From a virus (Duplodnaviria > Caudoviricetes): a DNA stretch of 64,000 nt. The stretch's first letter is position 1, and every line of letters begins with the position of its first letter. Both the position numbers and the translations under genes were made by a program. Positions 42,932-52,691 of this stretch are shown in pieces. Where the stretch lies: positions 2,881-66,880 of IMG/VR virus record IMGVR_UViG_3300033073_001126; one strand, given 5' to 3'. The notes beneath the pieces were generated by a model. The model ran no database searches. It saw nothing but the letters and a program-made list of their open reading frames with translations, and had not been told where the DNA came from.

Positions 42932-45900
42932 CAGTTAAGATATTGAGCGGTTACGATGGAAGCAGTAATGGAGTTACTTGCATTGGCCGCACTCCATGTG
43001 GCTTGTAAATCAATAGCAAGAGTGCCCGTGGTATTTACAGACCCAGAAGTTGTAGAGTTTTGGAAGAATACTGCGCTTGCCGTAGCGGAAGATGTATTTA
43101 ATTTCCCATTGGCTGAGTATTGTAGCGTTCCGGTTGCTCCAGTCGTTCTGCAAGTAATAATAAACTGAGCATCATAATAAGCCGTAGTAAGGGAATTTGA
43201 ATGAGTCAATACTATTGACCCCATGGCCACGCCGCCTATGGTAAGATTCAAAGTGCAAGTGGGGCTGCCTGTTGAATTGTATGTGCCAGTTACAAAAACT
43301 ATTATGGTTTTGCCCTGTGCAAAAAAGTTTGCAGCAAGAGTTGCGCTTCCTGTAAGTGTGCCGAGAAGCGTGGTGGCGGTGGTTGTGTTGGCAACCGTCA
43401 CGGTGCTTGTCTGGGCGAAGATGCCGAGTGCCGTCAGTTCTGCACTCTTGGTCAGCGTTCCATTAGCATCAGAAACAATCACCCCAGACCCTGAAGTTGC
43501 GAAGTCTAAATTGCGGTCTTTTGTGATGAACTTAGTCAGGCCACTATCCTTGTATAGGTATAGGCTGCTATTTGTTCCCGATGTAGTGTCATACCATATA
43601 GAACCATTTGTGTTCCCCGTAATAACACCCGATAAAGAGGATGGAGTGAAAACCATCTGAGGCACTGATGCCGTTCCTGCCGCCATCCTAACAATACCAG
43701 CAGTTACATCAAGAGCATAGTTTGAAGTGCCGCCCGATGCTGTTAGTTGAAGCGCATAGTTTGTGCTGCTTGTACCCGTGTGCGTATTGCTCAACACCCC
43801 TGCAAAAGTGGATTGAGTTGATGTTCCATTTGCCCCACTCAATGCCACCCTAAACAATGTTTGAGTGTTGCTGGCCGCTGCTGTACTTGTGCTGCTCAAA
43901 TACAAGCCATTCCCTGCGGCAAGAGTACTCCATTGCCATTCCTGGGCATAGTTTGTATTGTTTATTGTGTTACTCGCCGCAGCCGCCGTAATGGCACTCA
44001 AGGCAGAAGAGCCACCTCCTCCTGTGGAGGCAATTGTGATGGAGCCGCCCCCATTGGTGATGGTGATGTTGCTCCCCGCAGTAAGGGTGGCTTTGGTAAG
44101 CGTGTTTCCGGTAGAGTTACCAATCAGGAGCTGACCATCTGTATAGGATGTCTGCCCGGTTCCTCCGTTAGCTACAGCAAGTGTTCCTGTCACACCTGTG
44201 GACAATGGAAGCCCTGTGGCATTTGTCAATGTTCCCGAAGCAGGAGTGCCAAGCGCACCTCCATTCGTAACAAATGAGCCAGCAGTTCCGACATTGATGC
44301 CAAGAGCAGTAAGTACACCAGTTCCTGTTGTGGTTGTAGAGGGGGCAATACCCGAACCGCCGCCAATTACAAGCGCATTTGCGGCAAGAGTTAATGTGCT
44401 TCCAATACTTGTAGTGCTGTCGAAATAAAGAATACCTCCCGATGTACCGGATGTAATTCCTATTCCTCCATTAGTTACCCCGATTGGGAATGTCACCCCG
44501 CTATCCTTAATGATTTTGCCAGTTGTGCCATTGTATACGGCGATGGCATTGGCAGTGGCTCCTGATGGGCCTGTTACATCTCCTGTTGCGCCCAATGCCC
44601 AAGAAAGTGTACCAGATGTATTAGATGTGAGGTAGTAGCCTGTTGATGCCGCAGGGTAGGCTGTAGGCAATGTATATGTTTGCGTTCCTGCTGCTGCCGC
44701 TGCCTGAAGAATTACATATCCCGAAGTGCTTCCACGGAACCTTGCGCTCCCAGATGTTCCTCCGGCAGCACCTAAATATATATTCCCTTCAAAAGTTTGA
44801 AGAGCCGTCCATGTATTTGCGTTGCCCGTGTTAAGGCTCACAGTTACGGCTGCGCTACCATCAAATGTTCCCGATGTTCCACTTAGCCCACTGCCTATTG
44901 TAAGCGGGAAAGTGGTGGTTCCCCCTCCGCCACCACCGGCAGGGACAGACCAGTTGCCTGTAGCATCAAGGTAGTAAGTATTGCCTACACCATTGCTCCC
45001 TGGGATAAGTCCTTTTGTGGTGGAAGCCGTGTCAAAGATGTCAAGCATTGCCGTCACTTGTGTGCCTGTCAAGGCAAGAGGTGTGGCTGCGCTTCCTGTG
45101 TTGTTTCCTATGATGGAATTGGCGGCGAGGTTCGCCATCTTGGCAAGAGTTACAGCCCCTGCCGTAATGTTCATTGTGCCGTCAAGGAGTGTGCCATCAA
45201 GTTGAACATCACCTTGCTGAAGAACCCACTTTAAGCCTTCATCAACGGAGCTGTCTGTAATAAGAATATATCCATCGAATACGGCATCAAGTTGAACTTG
45301 CGCTCCAATGCTCTGCCTGTATGTAATTAAGCCTCCCTTTGCGTTAAGAACGGGGGCAACAGGAACAGCAAGGCTGAGTTCCCCTGTCCCTGAATCAAGG
45401 ACAAAGTCAGCGGAAAGGCTCACCTCCTGAATGTCGCCTGGTGTAGAAGCATCCCACCTTCCAAGGAGATTCCCAGAGGTGATGGTTTGCATCTTTGTGA
45501 AGTCAACAACATTCGGCTCTATTGTAACCACCCCTTCCCGGGTCATTGTTACATCTCCTGTGAGGCTCTTGTTCGTAGGCGCATTTGAAGCATTACCTAT
45601 CCATATCTCCCCATCGTTCAGCAGATAGTTCATCTTGCTGTCAAGGGCACTCTGTAGGCCGCTGATGTTGGCAATAGGGATGCCTGTAGGAATGTCCCCA
45701 GCAACAAGCGCACGGAACTGAGGCACGGCAGCAGCCCCTGATGTAGGCCCAGCCCATACATAGTTAGCCGTTTGAGTGAGGAGGCCGAGAGTGATGGATA
45801 CGGCAGTTGTTCCTGTCACGGAGGAATTAAATATCCCGGCAGGAACACTATATGAAATCGTGTTCACCTGGCCGCCCGTAGCAGAAGCTACATTAGAAAT

Positions 45901-46890
45901 GTTTGTAATGCGACCATACGAATCCACCGTCAGCACAGGAATCGTAGAGCTGCTTCCATAGCTTCCTGCCGTTGCCCCCGATGCAGGGAGGTCGCCTGCA
46001 ACAATTGTGCGGAATGAAGGCTGACCAGTTCCTCCGCTTGACGGAGCAGCAAAGAATGTGCTTTGGGTTTGATCAATGAATGACCCGCTGATGGCTGCCG
46101 TTCCCGAAGTGAATGGCCCAGCCGTGTAGTCAAACACACTTGATGGCAGAGTGAATGTGATTTCGTTAATGGTTCCTGCCGTAGAGGCAATGTCATTAAC
46201 ATTCGCATTCAGCTTTTGAATAGCGGTGAGGATGCTGTCGCTGCTCGTAATAGTTCCTGTGGCTGCGCTTCCATTGAATCCTGTCAGCACCTTCCCTATT
46301 ACAGCCCCGTTGTTAAGGGTGGGAGTGGCGTAAGTTCCTGAGAGTTCTCCTCCTGGGACATCGGCTTTAGCCACGCCAAGGGTAGTGGTTAGGAAGGTGG
46401 AGTTATCATAGGTGATGGTTCCTCCGCTTGACTTCACATATCCTGTGCCGCTAAGGGCATCCTGCTTTGTTGCAAAGCCCGATACCAAACTTGCATTGTC
46501 CGTATATACACCAATCAGATTGGCGAAGGAGATGTCTGTAAGGGAAGCCTTATTCAGGGCGGCAGTTTTTTCCGCTGCCGTGAGGTGCTGATAGTCGCCT
46601 ACATTCAGTCCTGATAGATCATTGTGAACCCCCACATAAGTCTGGGAGTCCGCATAGGTGGTGGCAATCGGAAAGTATGGAGGCAGAGGAATGTCAAGCA
46701 GACTCCCGATGTTTATCAGAGCCGTTAATGCCTCAAGCCTTACATCATCAGAAAGTGTAGTGTCGTTCGCTGTTGTCTTCAGCGAGGACATAAGGTTGGC
46801 CTTGGGGGAATTGCCCTCGGTGACGGCTAAAGTAATAGCCGCCGCTGCCTTGGCATTGTATACCGAAATATCATCTAAGAAGTCTGCCAT
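42931..46890 (-). CDS. Long tail fibre protein, 1319 aa
   Basis: Gly/Thr/Ser/Ala-rich modular sequence with fibre-type repeats (GGTGQTSYTDGQLLIG, LTVDSYGRIT, AIAVYNGTTGKIIKDSG). Confidence 0.85.
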   Translation of the reverse strand: MADFLDDISVYNAKAAAAITLAVTEGNSPKANLMSSLKTTANDTTLSDDVRLEALTALINIGSLLDIPLPPYFPIATTYADSQTYVGVHNDLSGLNVGDYQHLTAAEKTAALNKASLTDISFANLIGVYTDNASLVSGFATKQDALSGTGYVKSSGGTITYDNSTFLTTTLGVAKADVPGGELSGTYATPTLNNGAVIGKVLTGFNGSAATGTITSSDSILTAIQKLNANVNDIASTAGTINEITFTLPSSVFDYTAGPFTSGTAAISGSFIDQTQSTFFAAPSSGGTGQPSFRTIVAGDLPASGATAGSYGSSSTIPVLTVDSYGRITNISNVASATGGQVNTISYSVPAGIFNSSVTGTTAVSITLGLLTQTANYVWAGPTSGAAAVPQFRALVAGDIPTGIPIANISGLQSALDSKMNYLLNDGEIWIGNASNAPTNKSLTGDVTMTREGVVTIEPNVVDFTKMQTITSGNLLGRWDASTPGDIQEVSLSADFVLDSGTGELSLAVPVAPVLNAKGGLITYRQSIGAQVQLDAVFDGYILITDSSVDEGLKWVLQQGDVQLDGTLLDGTMNITAGAVTLAKMANLAANSIIGNNTGSAATPLALTGTQVTAMLDIFDTASTTKGLIPGSNGVGNTYYLDATGNWSVPAGGGGGGTTTFPLTIGSGLSGTSGTFDGSAAVTVSLNTGNANTWTALQTFEGNIYLGAAGGTSGSARFRGSTSGYVILQAAAAAGTQTYTLPTAYPAASTGYYLTSNTSGTLSWALGATGDVTGPSGATANAIAVYNGTTGKIIKDSGVTFPIGVTNGGIGITSGTSGGILYFDSTTSIGSTLTLAANALVIGGGSGIAPSTTTTGTGVLTALGINVGTAGSFVTNGGALGTPASGTLTNATGLPLSTGVTGTLAVANGGTGQTSYTDGQLLIGNSTGNTLTKATLTAGSNITITNGGGSITIASTGGGGSSALSAITAAAASNTINNTNYAQEWQWSTLAAGNGLYLSSTSTAAASNTQTLFRVALSGANGTSTQSTFAGVLSNTHTGTSSTNYALQLTASGGTSNYALDVTAGIVRMAAGTASVPQMVFTPSSLSGVITGNTNGSIWYDTTSGTNSSLYLYKDSGLTKFITKDRNLDFATSGSGVIVSDANGTLTKSAELTALGIFAQTSTVTVANTTTATTLLGTLTGSATLAANFFAQGKTIIVFVTGTYNSTGSPTCTLNLTIGGVAMGSIVLTHSNSLTTAYYDAQFIITCRTTGATGTLQYSANGKLNTSSATASAVFFQNSTTSGSVNTTGTLAIDLQATWSAANASNSITASIVTAQYLN

Positions 46891-46893
46891 GCT

Positions 46894-47802
46894 TTAACAT
46901 CCGCAGGAGGAATTAGTCTCGCTGCATTGAGTTTTTAATTTGTTGTAAAAATCAATAGCCGAAGGCCAATCCTGTATCTCCATTGCGTTAAGCATCCCTA
47001 CATAGTCTGAGTAGAATTGTAGGTAGCCGTCATCGCATCTGCCACACATCACCTCCTGCAAGAACGCATACCGTTTCTTGTTAAGGCAATTGATGACATC
47101 CTCATCCACCATCACTCCTACACTGGTTTCGTACCAATCAGGATATTGATTTGCGATGTCGGCAAGGTTGATGTTGCCGTAGTAGTCGGCATAGTCAAGG
47201 CTGACAGGAGCGGCTATTAAAATAATCTGATAAATGCCCTTGATAACCACCTCATTGTTGTCAATGGTTTCTGTAGGGAAATAGAGCGGATAGACATAGT
47301 CAACATCATCCTGCTCCGCCTGACTCAAAGGAGTTTGTGTGGCATCCTCATAAACATCCCACACCCTGTAGACAGTCCAAAGATGCACTTCGCTTCTTTT
47401 CGGCCTATAGGGATCAGATGGGTCTGCTTCGGGATTGTATCCGCCTGGATTGGTGGAGGCATTGTATTCTCCCGTGGCATCAGGAACACTAACAAACAGC
47501 CCCGAAGAATCAAAGTCAAGCGTTCCTATTTTGAGAACAAGTTGCTTTGTGGTATTTGAATCTACTGTTTGCAGGAAGACAACCGACTGCCCAGGAGTCT
47601 TGACAATCGGAGAGTTACTTATTGTAACCCAAAATGCCGTAGCCTGCCCAGGCGTAAGAACAATAGGCGCATTGGCTATTGTTCCAATAAATGCCGTAGC
47701 CGCTCCAGAAGTTAGAGTGAAAGGGGTATTACCGCCTGTCGTTGTGACAAAGCTCTTGGCATACCCCGAAGTCCTAAATACTATCTGAGATTGAGCTGGC
47801 AT
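46894..47802 (-). CDS. Putative tail hub / structural protein with Cys-rich C-terminus
   Basis: DATGEYNASTNPGGY motif and C-terminal C..C...CGC, as recalled for crAss-like structural proteins. Confidence 0.55.
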   Translation of the reverse strand: MPAQSQIVFRTSGYAKSFVTTTGGNTPFTLTSGAATAFIGTIANAPIVLTPGQATAFWVTISNSPIVKTPGQSVVFLQTVDSNTTKQLVLKIGTLDFDSSGLFVSVPDATGEYNASTNPGGYNPEADPSDPYRPKRSEVHLWTVYRVWDVYEDATQTPLSQAEQDDVDYVYPLYFPTETIDNNEVVIKGIYQIILIAAPVSLDYADYYGNINLADIANQYPDWYETSVGVMVDEDVINCLNKKRYAFLQEVMCGRCDDGYLQFYSDYVGMLNAMEIQDWPSAIDFYNKLKTQCSETNSSCGC

Positions 47803-47811
47803 ATATTTTTA

Positions 47812-48660
47812 TTATGCGCCTGTAGTGGCAGCACCACCTGTAGAAACATTATTGTATCCAGCAGTCTGAAGTGCGGCTCCCGATGTCTGCACCTGAATGA
47901 TCAGGGCTTCCATATTCTCCTGTGTGGTAAACCTATAGAGCGTTTGGGATGCAAGAGAGGTGCTTGATACCCCTGTTTGCGGAGTAACTCTTATCCACAC
48001 ATAGGCAGGAAACAAACTTGAATTGTTCCAATATGTCGTTCCTGTAGAGCCACCCGAAGTAGCCACAGGAAATTGATTCATTGTAACGAATGTGAATGGG
48101 ATGTCTGTAACCGTGCCATTCGTAAGAGGCGAACCCACATCTGAAATTTGTTGAAGGCTACTCTGAGCCGGAATATTTCTTCCTGTCAGCCCATTGTTCT
48201 GCCTCCAATACCCAAGCCCGAAATTAGGAATTTGCATCTGTCCCGTGGCGGGGCCGGTTAAGGTTTGAATCCGCATATAGATGCTTTCGTTGTTTGTAAT
48301 CAACGCATAAGCTGCGGACAAAACGGAGTTTGATGCTGGCACATTTACCGCAGCACCCGTAAGAGTGAGGTGCGTGGCATCTGTAATAGTTCCTATCTGA
48401 CCTACAAGAACATAGTTTCCTGTGGTGGTGTCAGTGTAGTACAGATATTGATTAACCGCAAAATCAGTAAAGTCCGTACTGCTACCAGTAATTACATAAG
48501 TACCGGAATTGTATGAACTATAAGTACCCGTAGTAGCTACAGGAGCGGTGATTTCTTCCGTAGGAGCATTTGCCGACCCGCCACTTGCACTCTGAGCGAG
48601 AGCCGTGTTGTTGGCATTAATCCTGTAATACTTGATGGATGAAGAAGTGTAATTTGCCAT
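47812..48660 (-). CDS. Virion structural protein (paralog of 48666-49505)
   Basis: Shares ITGSSTDFTDF...YLYY...VLVGQI...THLTLT with its neighbour. Confidence 0.6.
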   Translation of the reverse strand: MANYTSSSIKYYRINANNTALAQSASGGSANAPTEEITAPVATTGTYSSYNSGTYVITGSSTDFTDFAVNQYLYYTDTTTGNYVLVGQIGTITDATHLTLTGAAVNVPASNSVLSAAYALITNNESIYMRIQTLTGPATGQMQIPNFGLGYWRQNNGLTGRNIPAQSSLQQISDVGSPLTNGTVTDIPFTFVTMNQFPVATSGGSTGTTYWNNSSLFPAYVWIRVTPQTGVSSTSLASQTLYRFTTQENMEALIIQVQTSGAALQTAGYNNVSTGGAATTGA

Positions 48661-48665
48661 ATCGT

Positions 48666-49505
48666 TTAATATCCTGCTGTTTGTAAAAATAAAACCGGGT
48701 AGTTTGCATTTACCAAAATGCCGTTATTCTCAAATGACTCGTTGGCAAACATCTTGAACAAAGTGTTTGGAACTAAGTTCTCCTCTTGCGAGTTCCCATT
48801 AGGGTCAAGCAAAGCATAGGCAAAGTTCGGGAAGGCACTTGTTGTAGCAAAAACATAATTATTACCCTCCTTATCTGATGTCTGAGGATAGTCCCAAAGA
48901 GGAGTGATGGTGTATGGCACATTAACCGGGCTTCCAATCACGGTGGGATTGTTTACCTGAGAATAGGTGGACATACTTGAATAAGTTGTATCGTTGTAGC
49001 TTGTTGGCTGCCCAGCGGTAATTCTATACTTATTCCAATTAGGAAGCCAAACCTGTGTAGAACTATTGGCAACCACAGGAATTCTCATAATCACCTGGTC
49101 GGCAACCCCAATCATAGTGCTTGTCTTTCCGCAATAAGCCGGAACGGCACTGATGTCTGCTGAAGCATTAGAAGTGAGTGTAATCTGCGTGTTGCCATCC
49201 ACATTAGCTATCTTACCAAGAAGAACCGGAGTGGCACTCGCATTGTAATAGAACATATAATCCCCGGCTACAAAGTCCGTAAGGAACGCAGTACTTGTTC
49301 CTGTTACAACGGCAGACCCTGTGGAAGCATTCGTGATTTTACCCGTAGCAAGAGTGACTGGGCTGAATACCTCAGTCAAGGCATCAGGAGAAGATGTAAC
49401 AGTTTTTGCTACGGCAATGTTGTTGGCATTTGCTTTGGCGAAAACAATTCCCGGAGCCAAATATTGCCCATAAACTATTAAGGCCGGGTTTGGGGTTGCT
49501 GCCAT
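48666..49505 (-). CDS. Virion structural protein (paralog of 47812-48660)
   Basis: VTGTSTAFLTDF...YMFY...VLLGKI...TQITLT. Confidence 0.6.
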   Translation of the reverse strand: MAATPNPALIVYGQYLAPGIVFAKANANNIAVAKTVTSSPDALTEVFSPVTLATGKITNASTGSAVVTGTSTAFLTDFVAGDYMFYYNASATPVLLGKIANVDGNTQITLTSNASADISAVPAYCGKTSTMIGVADQVIMRIPVVANSSTQVWLPNWNKYRITAGQPTSYNDTTYSSMSTYSQVNNPTVIGSPVNVPYTITPLWDYPQTSDKEGNNYVFATTSAFPNFAYALLDPNGNSQEENLVPNTLFKMFANESFENNGILVNANYPVLFLQTAGY

Positions 49506-49900
49506 AACTTCTTGTATTCGTTAGGTAAAAGTTCTATCTGCAAATCTACGAAATCTTTGTGGTTGATATTCTCTCTTACAGAGAAAGTTTCGCCATTCCC
49601 TTCCGATGTAGCGAAATCATCCAGATTGATAATGAATATGCTATCGTAAGCCGCATTTTCCAAGATGCGTTTAGCCACATCAGCCCTCTGCATTCCATCA
49701 TCTATGGGAATGATGTCCTGGTAGAGTTGCTCCATATCATTCTCATACATCCAGTTATAAAATGGCTCATCAACAAATATGATTATCGGCCCATTGTACT
49801 CCTGCCAAAGAATGGCACTCCTCATCATAGCCAACCATTCGCCATCGGAAAGAGGAAGATTCTCTTTCATCCCGATGTGTATGCCAAGTTTGGTTTTCAT
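49478..49900 (-). CDS. Short DUF6734-like (nucleotide-sugar transferase-related) protein
   Basis: LAMMRSAILWQEYNGPIIIFVDE...LYQDII resembles the DUF6734 N-terminus; shorter than typical members. Confidence 0.4.
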   Translation of the reverse strand: MKTKLGIHIGMKENLPLSDGEWLAMMRSAILWQEYNGPIIIFVDEPFYNWMYENDMEQLYQDIIPIDDGMQRADVAKRILENAAYDSIFIINLDDFATSEGNGETFSVRENINHKDFVDLQIELLPNEYKKLWQQPQTRP

Positions 49901-49912
49901 AGACCAAAAGTA
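49898..49912 (-). promoter_or_regulatory. -7 element directly before ATG (TACTTTTG-GTCT-ATG)
   Basis: Exact TAnnTTTG-N4-ATG, immediately after a terminator hairpin. Confidence 0.65.
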
Positions 49913-49944
49913 AAAAGAAAAAGGGGAACAATTTGCTCCCCTTT
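49913..49944 (-). terminator. Intrinsic terminator
   Basis: AAAGGGGA...TCCCCTTT stem with U-tract on the minus strand. Confidence 0.7.
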
Positions 49945-49967
49945 CTTAGTCCATAGTTACATACGGC

Positions 49968-50171
49968 TTACGAATAGTTCTCGTAAGTAAAAAGCAGCAA
50001 CTGATTCGCTGTCACTTGATCATTTACGGCGGCACTCTGCCTATAAAGCACCTCTTGATAAAACGCAAGAAGAATCTGCGTTTGCTGAGAAGCAGAAGAG
50101 CAGCCCCCAGCAATGTCAAACTGGAGGCTTGCTAAATACTTTTTATACAGAGTTTCCGGCGTGTCTATCAT
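49968..50171 (-). CDS. Small hypothetical protein
   Basis: 67 aa, ATGA overlap with the upstream gene. Confidence 0.55.
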   Translation of the reverse strand: MIDTPETLYKKYLASLQFDIAGGCSSASQQTQILLAFYQEVLYRQSAAVNDQVTANQLLLFTYENYS

Positions 50172-51136
50172 TCCTTAGTCCCTCTACGGGCTTTGTGGGT
50201 GGTTGTCTTGGCAGACTCGTATCCCTCACGAAGGAACTCAATTGCGTGTTCCTGGAACTCAGGACTATGGGCCGCATACTTGAAGATGTTCACGGCAGCA
50301 ATCTCAAAGTTCGGGATGCTTATCTCCTCAGCAAAGGTAATGATTTTTTTGCCGTCATACCTCATCAGTTCCTTTTCAGTAACCAAAAGCTTCTTGGCAA
50401 CAAGAGCATCATAAACAAGTTCAATCTTGCTTACATCCTCCAGGTCTTTAAGCATTTGATTTACGGCTTTCAACTGACCATCTTCCACCATCTTAATTAG
50501 GATAGCACGAATGGCTTTTGATTTGCCTACAAGGTCAGGACGGCTAAGGAAGATGCGGTCGTGAAGCATAGCCTTAGTGAGAATGTTGAGCGAATATTCA
50601 TCCAGGTCTTTGATTTTGTTGAGCAGGGCGAGTTTGGCCTCAAAGTTCTGAGTGATGCCTGTGCTATCCCTATCCGCATCAACGATTTCAAATTTCCAAG
50701 ACTTACGCTCAAGACCCGTAAGAGGGTCAATACGCATCTGCGGGTGAAGCTGAATCACAAAGAACCTTTCTCTATCTCCTACTTTGTCTCCATTAAAAAC
50801 CATTTCTCCTTGGTCATTAAACAAAGGATGGCTATACCTGGCAACGCCATTTACATCATATCCTTCCAAAAAGCCAACTTGAAACGGAGCCCTATTCCAA
50901 CGAATTGTCCAAGGAGAAGGGATGCCATGCTGCCCAATTTTCTTAACCATCCCGCTTGATGTAGGACGATTATAATCTTGACTCGTACCCTTTTGCTCAA
51001 GCACATTGAACCATAGGTTTGGGTTCAGCCTTATTTTGACAATTTGTCCAGGCTCAAGGCTAATCAGTTTTGCCTCTACCTCTTCCGGCCATGTGTTGAT
51101 TTCATAAATGCCGTCTCTGCTTGATGAAACTATCAT
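50168..51136 (-). CDS. Conserved-position protein downstream of the major capsid gene
   Basis: 322 aa helical protein; synteny as in crAss-like capsid modules. Confidence 0.55.
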   Translation of the reverse strand: MIVSSSRDGIYEINTWPEEVEAKLISLEPGQIVKIRLNPNLWFNVLEQKGTSQDYNRPTSSGMVKKIGQHGIPSPWTIRWNRAPFQVGFLEGYDVNGVARYSHPLFNDQGEMVFNGDKVGDRERFFVIQLHPQMRIDPLTGLERKSWKFEIVDADRDSTGITQNFEAKLALLNKIKDLDEYSLNILTKAMLHDRIFLSRPDLVGKSKAIRAILIKMVEDGQLKAVNQMLKDLEDVSKIELVYDALVAKKLLVTEKELMRYDGKKIITFAEEISIPNFEIAAVNIFKYAAHSPEFQEHAIEFLREGYESAKTTTHKARRGTKE

Positions 51137-51174
51137 ATTTACTTGGTTTTATGTTATATACTTCTGCAAATAAA

Positions 51175-51209
51175 CAAAAAAAGGGCCAACTTTTCAGCGG
51201 CCCTATTTT
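51175..51209 (-). terminator. Terminator after the major capsid gene
   Basis: AGGGCC...GGCCCT stem; the A-tract on plus is a U-tract on minus. Confidence 0.7.
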
Positions 51210-51226
51210 TATGTCGGAATGTCCTA

Positions 51227-52672
51227 TTAGATAATAGTTCCTCCGAAGTACAGCTTAGAAGCCAGCATCGTCTGAGCAGCGAAGTACTCGTTGTTGATGA
51301 TCTGGTATTTCATAGCACCGAAGTGAGCTGGGTCACGCTTCACGATTTGGTTCATCACCGGAGTGCCGCCTGTGGTTACAGGAGCTTTCAGTTGAAGAAC
51401 ACGGAACATCGGAGCAGTAACGGTGTAAGAAGTATTGGTCAGTTCACGAGGAACGGCCACCTGCTCTTTAGGGATGATGACAAAGGAGTTTGCCCAATAT
51501 CCGGTAGCAAGGCTGCTTCCGCCCAAATCAGGAGAGTACATAGCTTTGTGTGACCATTCGGTAGCCTCGTTCAGATTCACCTTGAACTTACCAAGGATGA
51601 AGTGACCGAGAGACTTTTTCAGACCCGGACGAACACCGCTATCATTCATCTCTCCAGAAATGTACTGAACAGCACCACCGGTCAGAGGCTGAAGGCCATT
51701 GCGCTGAATGCTCTGCATAAAAGCATAGCCACCCCACAGGTCAAGCTCAGTACCAGCACCACGGTTCTGAAGACGGATGCCGATGTCCTCAAGGTCAGCC
51801 ATCTGAACGCCACCTGGAACATAATCATCGGTCAGACCAAAAGCCTGAGCAGCAGACACGAAACCAACGGTGGTTTGCTTGCTGTTGTATGTTTCACCCT
51901 TACCAACAGTAATGGCGGCAGACTTGCGAAGCATAGCAGTCATCAGAGCATCCGCAAAAATGCGAGGTGCGAGAACGGTTTGACCGCCTTCAAGTTGGAA
52001 CATGAACGCCTGATTGTAGGTATCCTGACCAACGATGGCAGAGCCTGTAGACATATACTGGAAGTTCACGCCATAACGAGCCCATCCACGAACAGAACCA
52101 TTCGGGAAGTCGCCGTTAACATCGTTCACAGCATCCTGTGGCAGAAGGGTATCGCCAGCCTGGATTGCGGTGTCAAGGTCAACAGTGCCATTTCCGTAAA
52201 CGGTGATGGTGTGAGTTGCGCTACCGGCAGGAAGAGAAACAGCAGTAACATTGACAACAACAGAAGGGTTGTTGGCAAGTTGGAAGTTCTGTCCTACTGT
52301 GGCGTAGTTGTAATATCCGGTTGGGCCAGTAGTTCCGTTGTACTGAGTAGCGGTAACGGTAATGTCATAAGAACCGGAAGGAGTTCCTGCGCTTACGCTC
52401 ACAACAGTCAGAGTAGCGAGAACGGAATCCTGCTCTGCATGGAACACCTGGGTAGTGTTGGTCTGAACACCAACGAAAGCCTTGTTGTCCACGAGGTGAG
52501 CCATAAGGCCGTTCTCAATGATTTGACGGTCAGGATAACGGTCAAGGAGAGTCGGCCAAAAATCACGAACAAATGAAGTGCTGTCGGCGAGGCCGGACAG
52601 GAGCGCAGCATCAGCTACGGTTTGTGGGCTATTGGCTGATGAGCCGTTCACCCCGTACAATGGATTTGCCAT
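51227..52672 (-). CDS. Major capsid protein
   Basis: 481 aa, follows portal and scaffold, followed by a terminator; size and position match crAss-related HK97-fold MCPs. Confidence 0.8.
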   Translation of the reverse strand: MANPLYGVNGSSANSPQTVADAALLSGLADSTSFVRDFWPTLLDRYPDRQIIENGLMAHLVDNKAFVGVQTNTTQVFHAEQDSVLATLTVVSVSAGTPSGSYDITVTATQYNGTTGPTGYYNYATVGQNFQLANNPSVVVNVTAVSLPAGSATHTITVYGNGTVDLDTAIQAGDTLLPQDAVNDVNGDFPNGSVRGWARYGVNFQYMSTGSAIVGQDTYNQAFMFQLEGGQTVLAPRIFADALMTAMLRKSAAITVGKGETYNSKQTTVGFVSAAQAFGLTDDYVPGGVQMADLEDIGIRLQNRGAGTELDLWGGYAFMQSIQRNGLQPLTGGAVQYISGEMNDSGVRPGLKKSLGHFILGKFKVNLNEATEWSHKAMYSPDLGGSSLATGYWANSFVIIPKEQVAVPRELTNTSYTVTAPMFRVLQLKAPVTTGGTPVMNQIVKRDPAHFGAMKYQIINNEYFAAQTMLASKLYFGGTII

Positions 52673-52691
52673 TTTTTGAGAGTTTTAAAAG

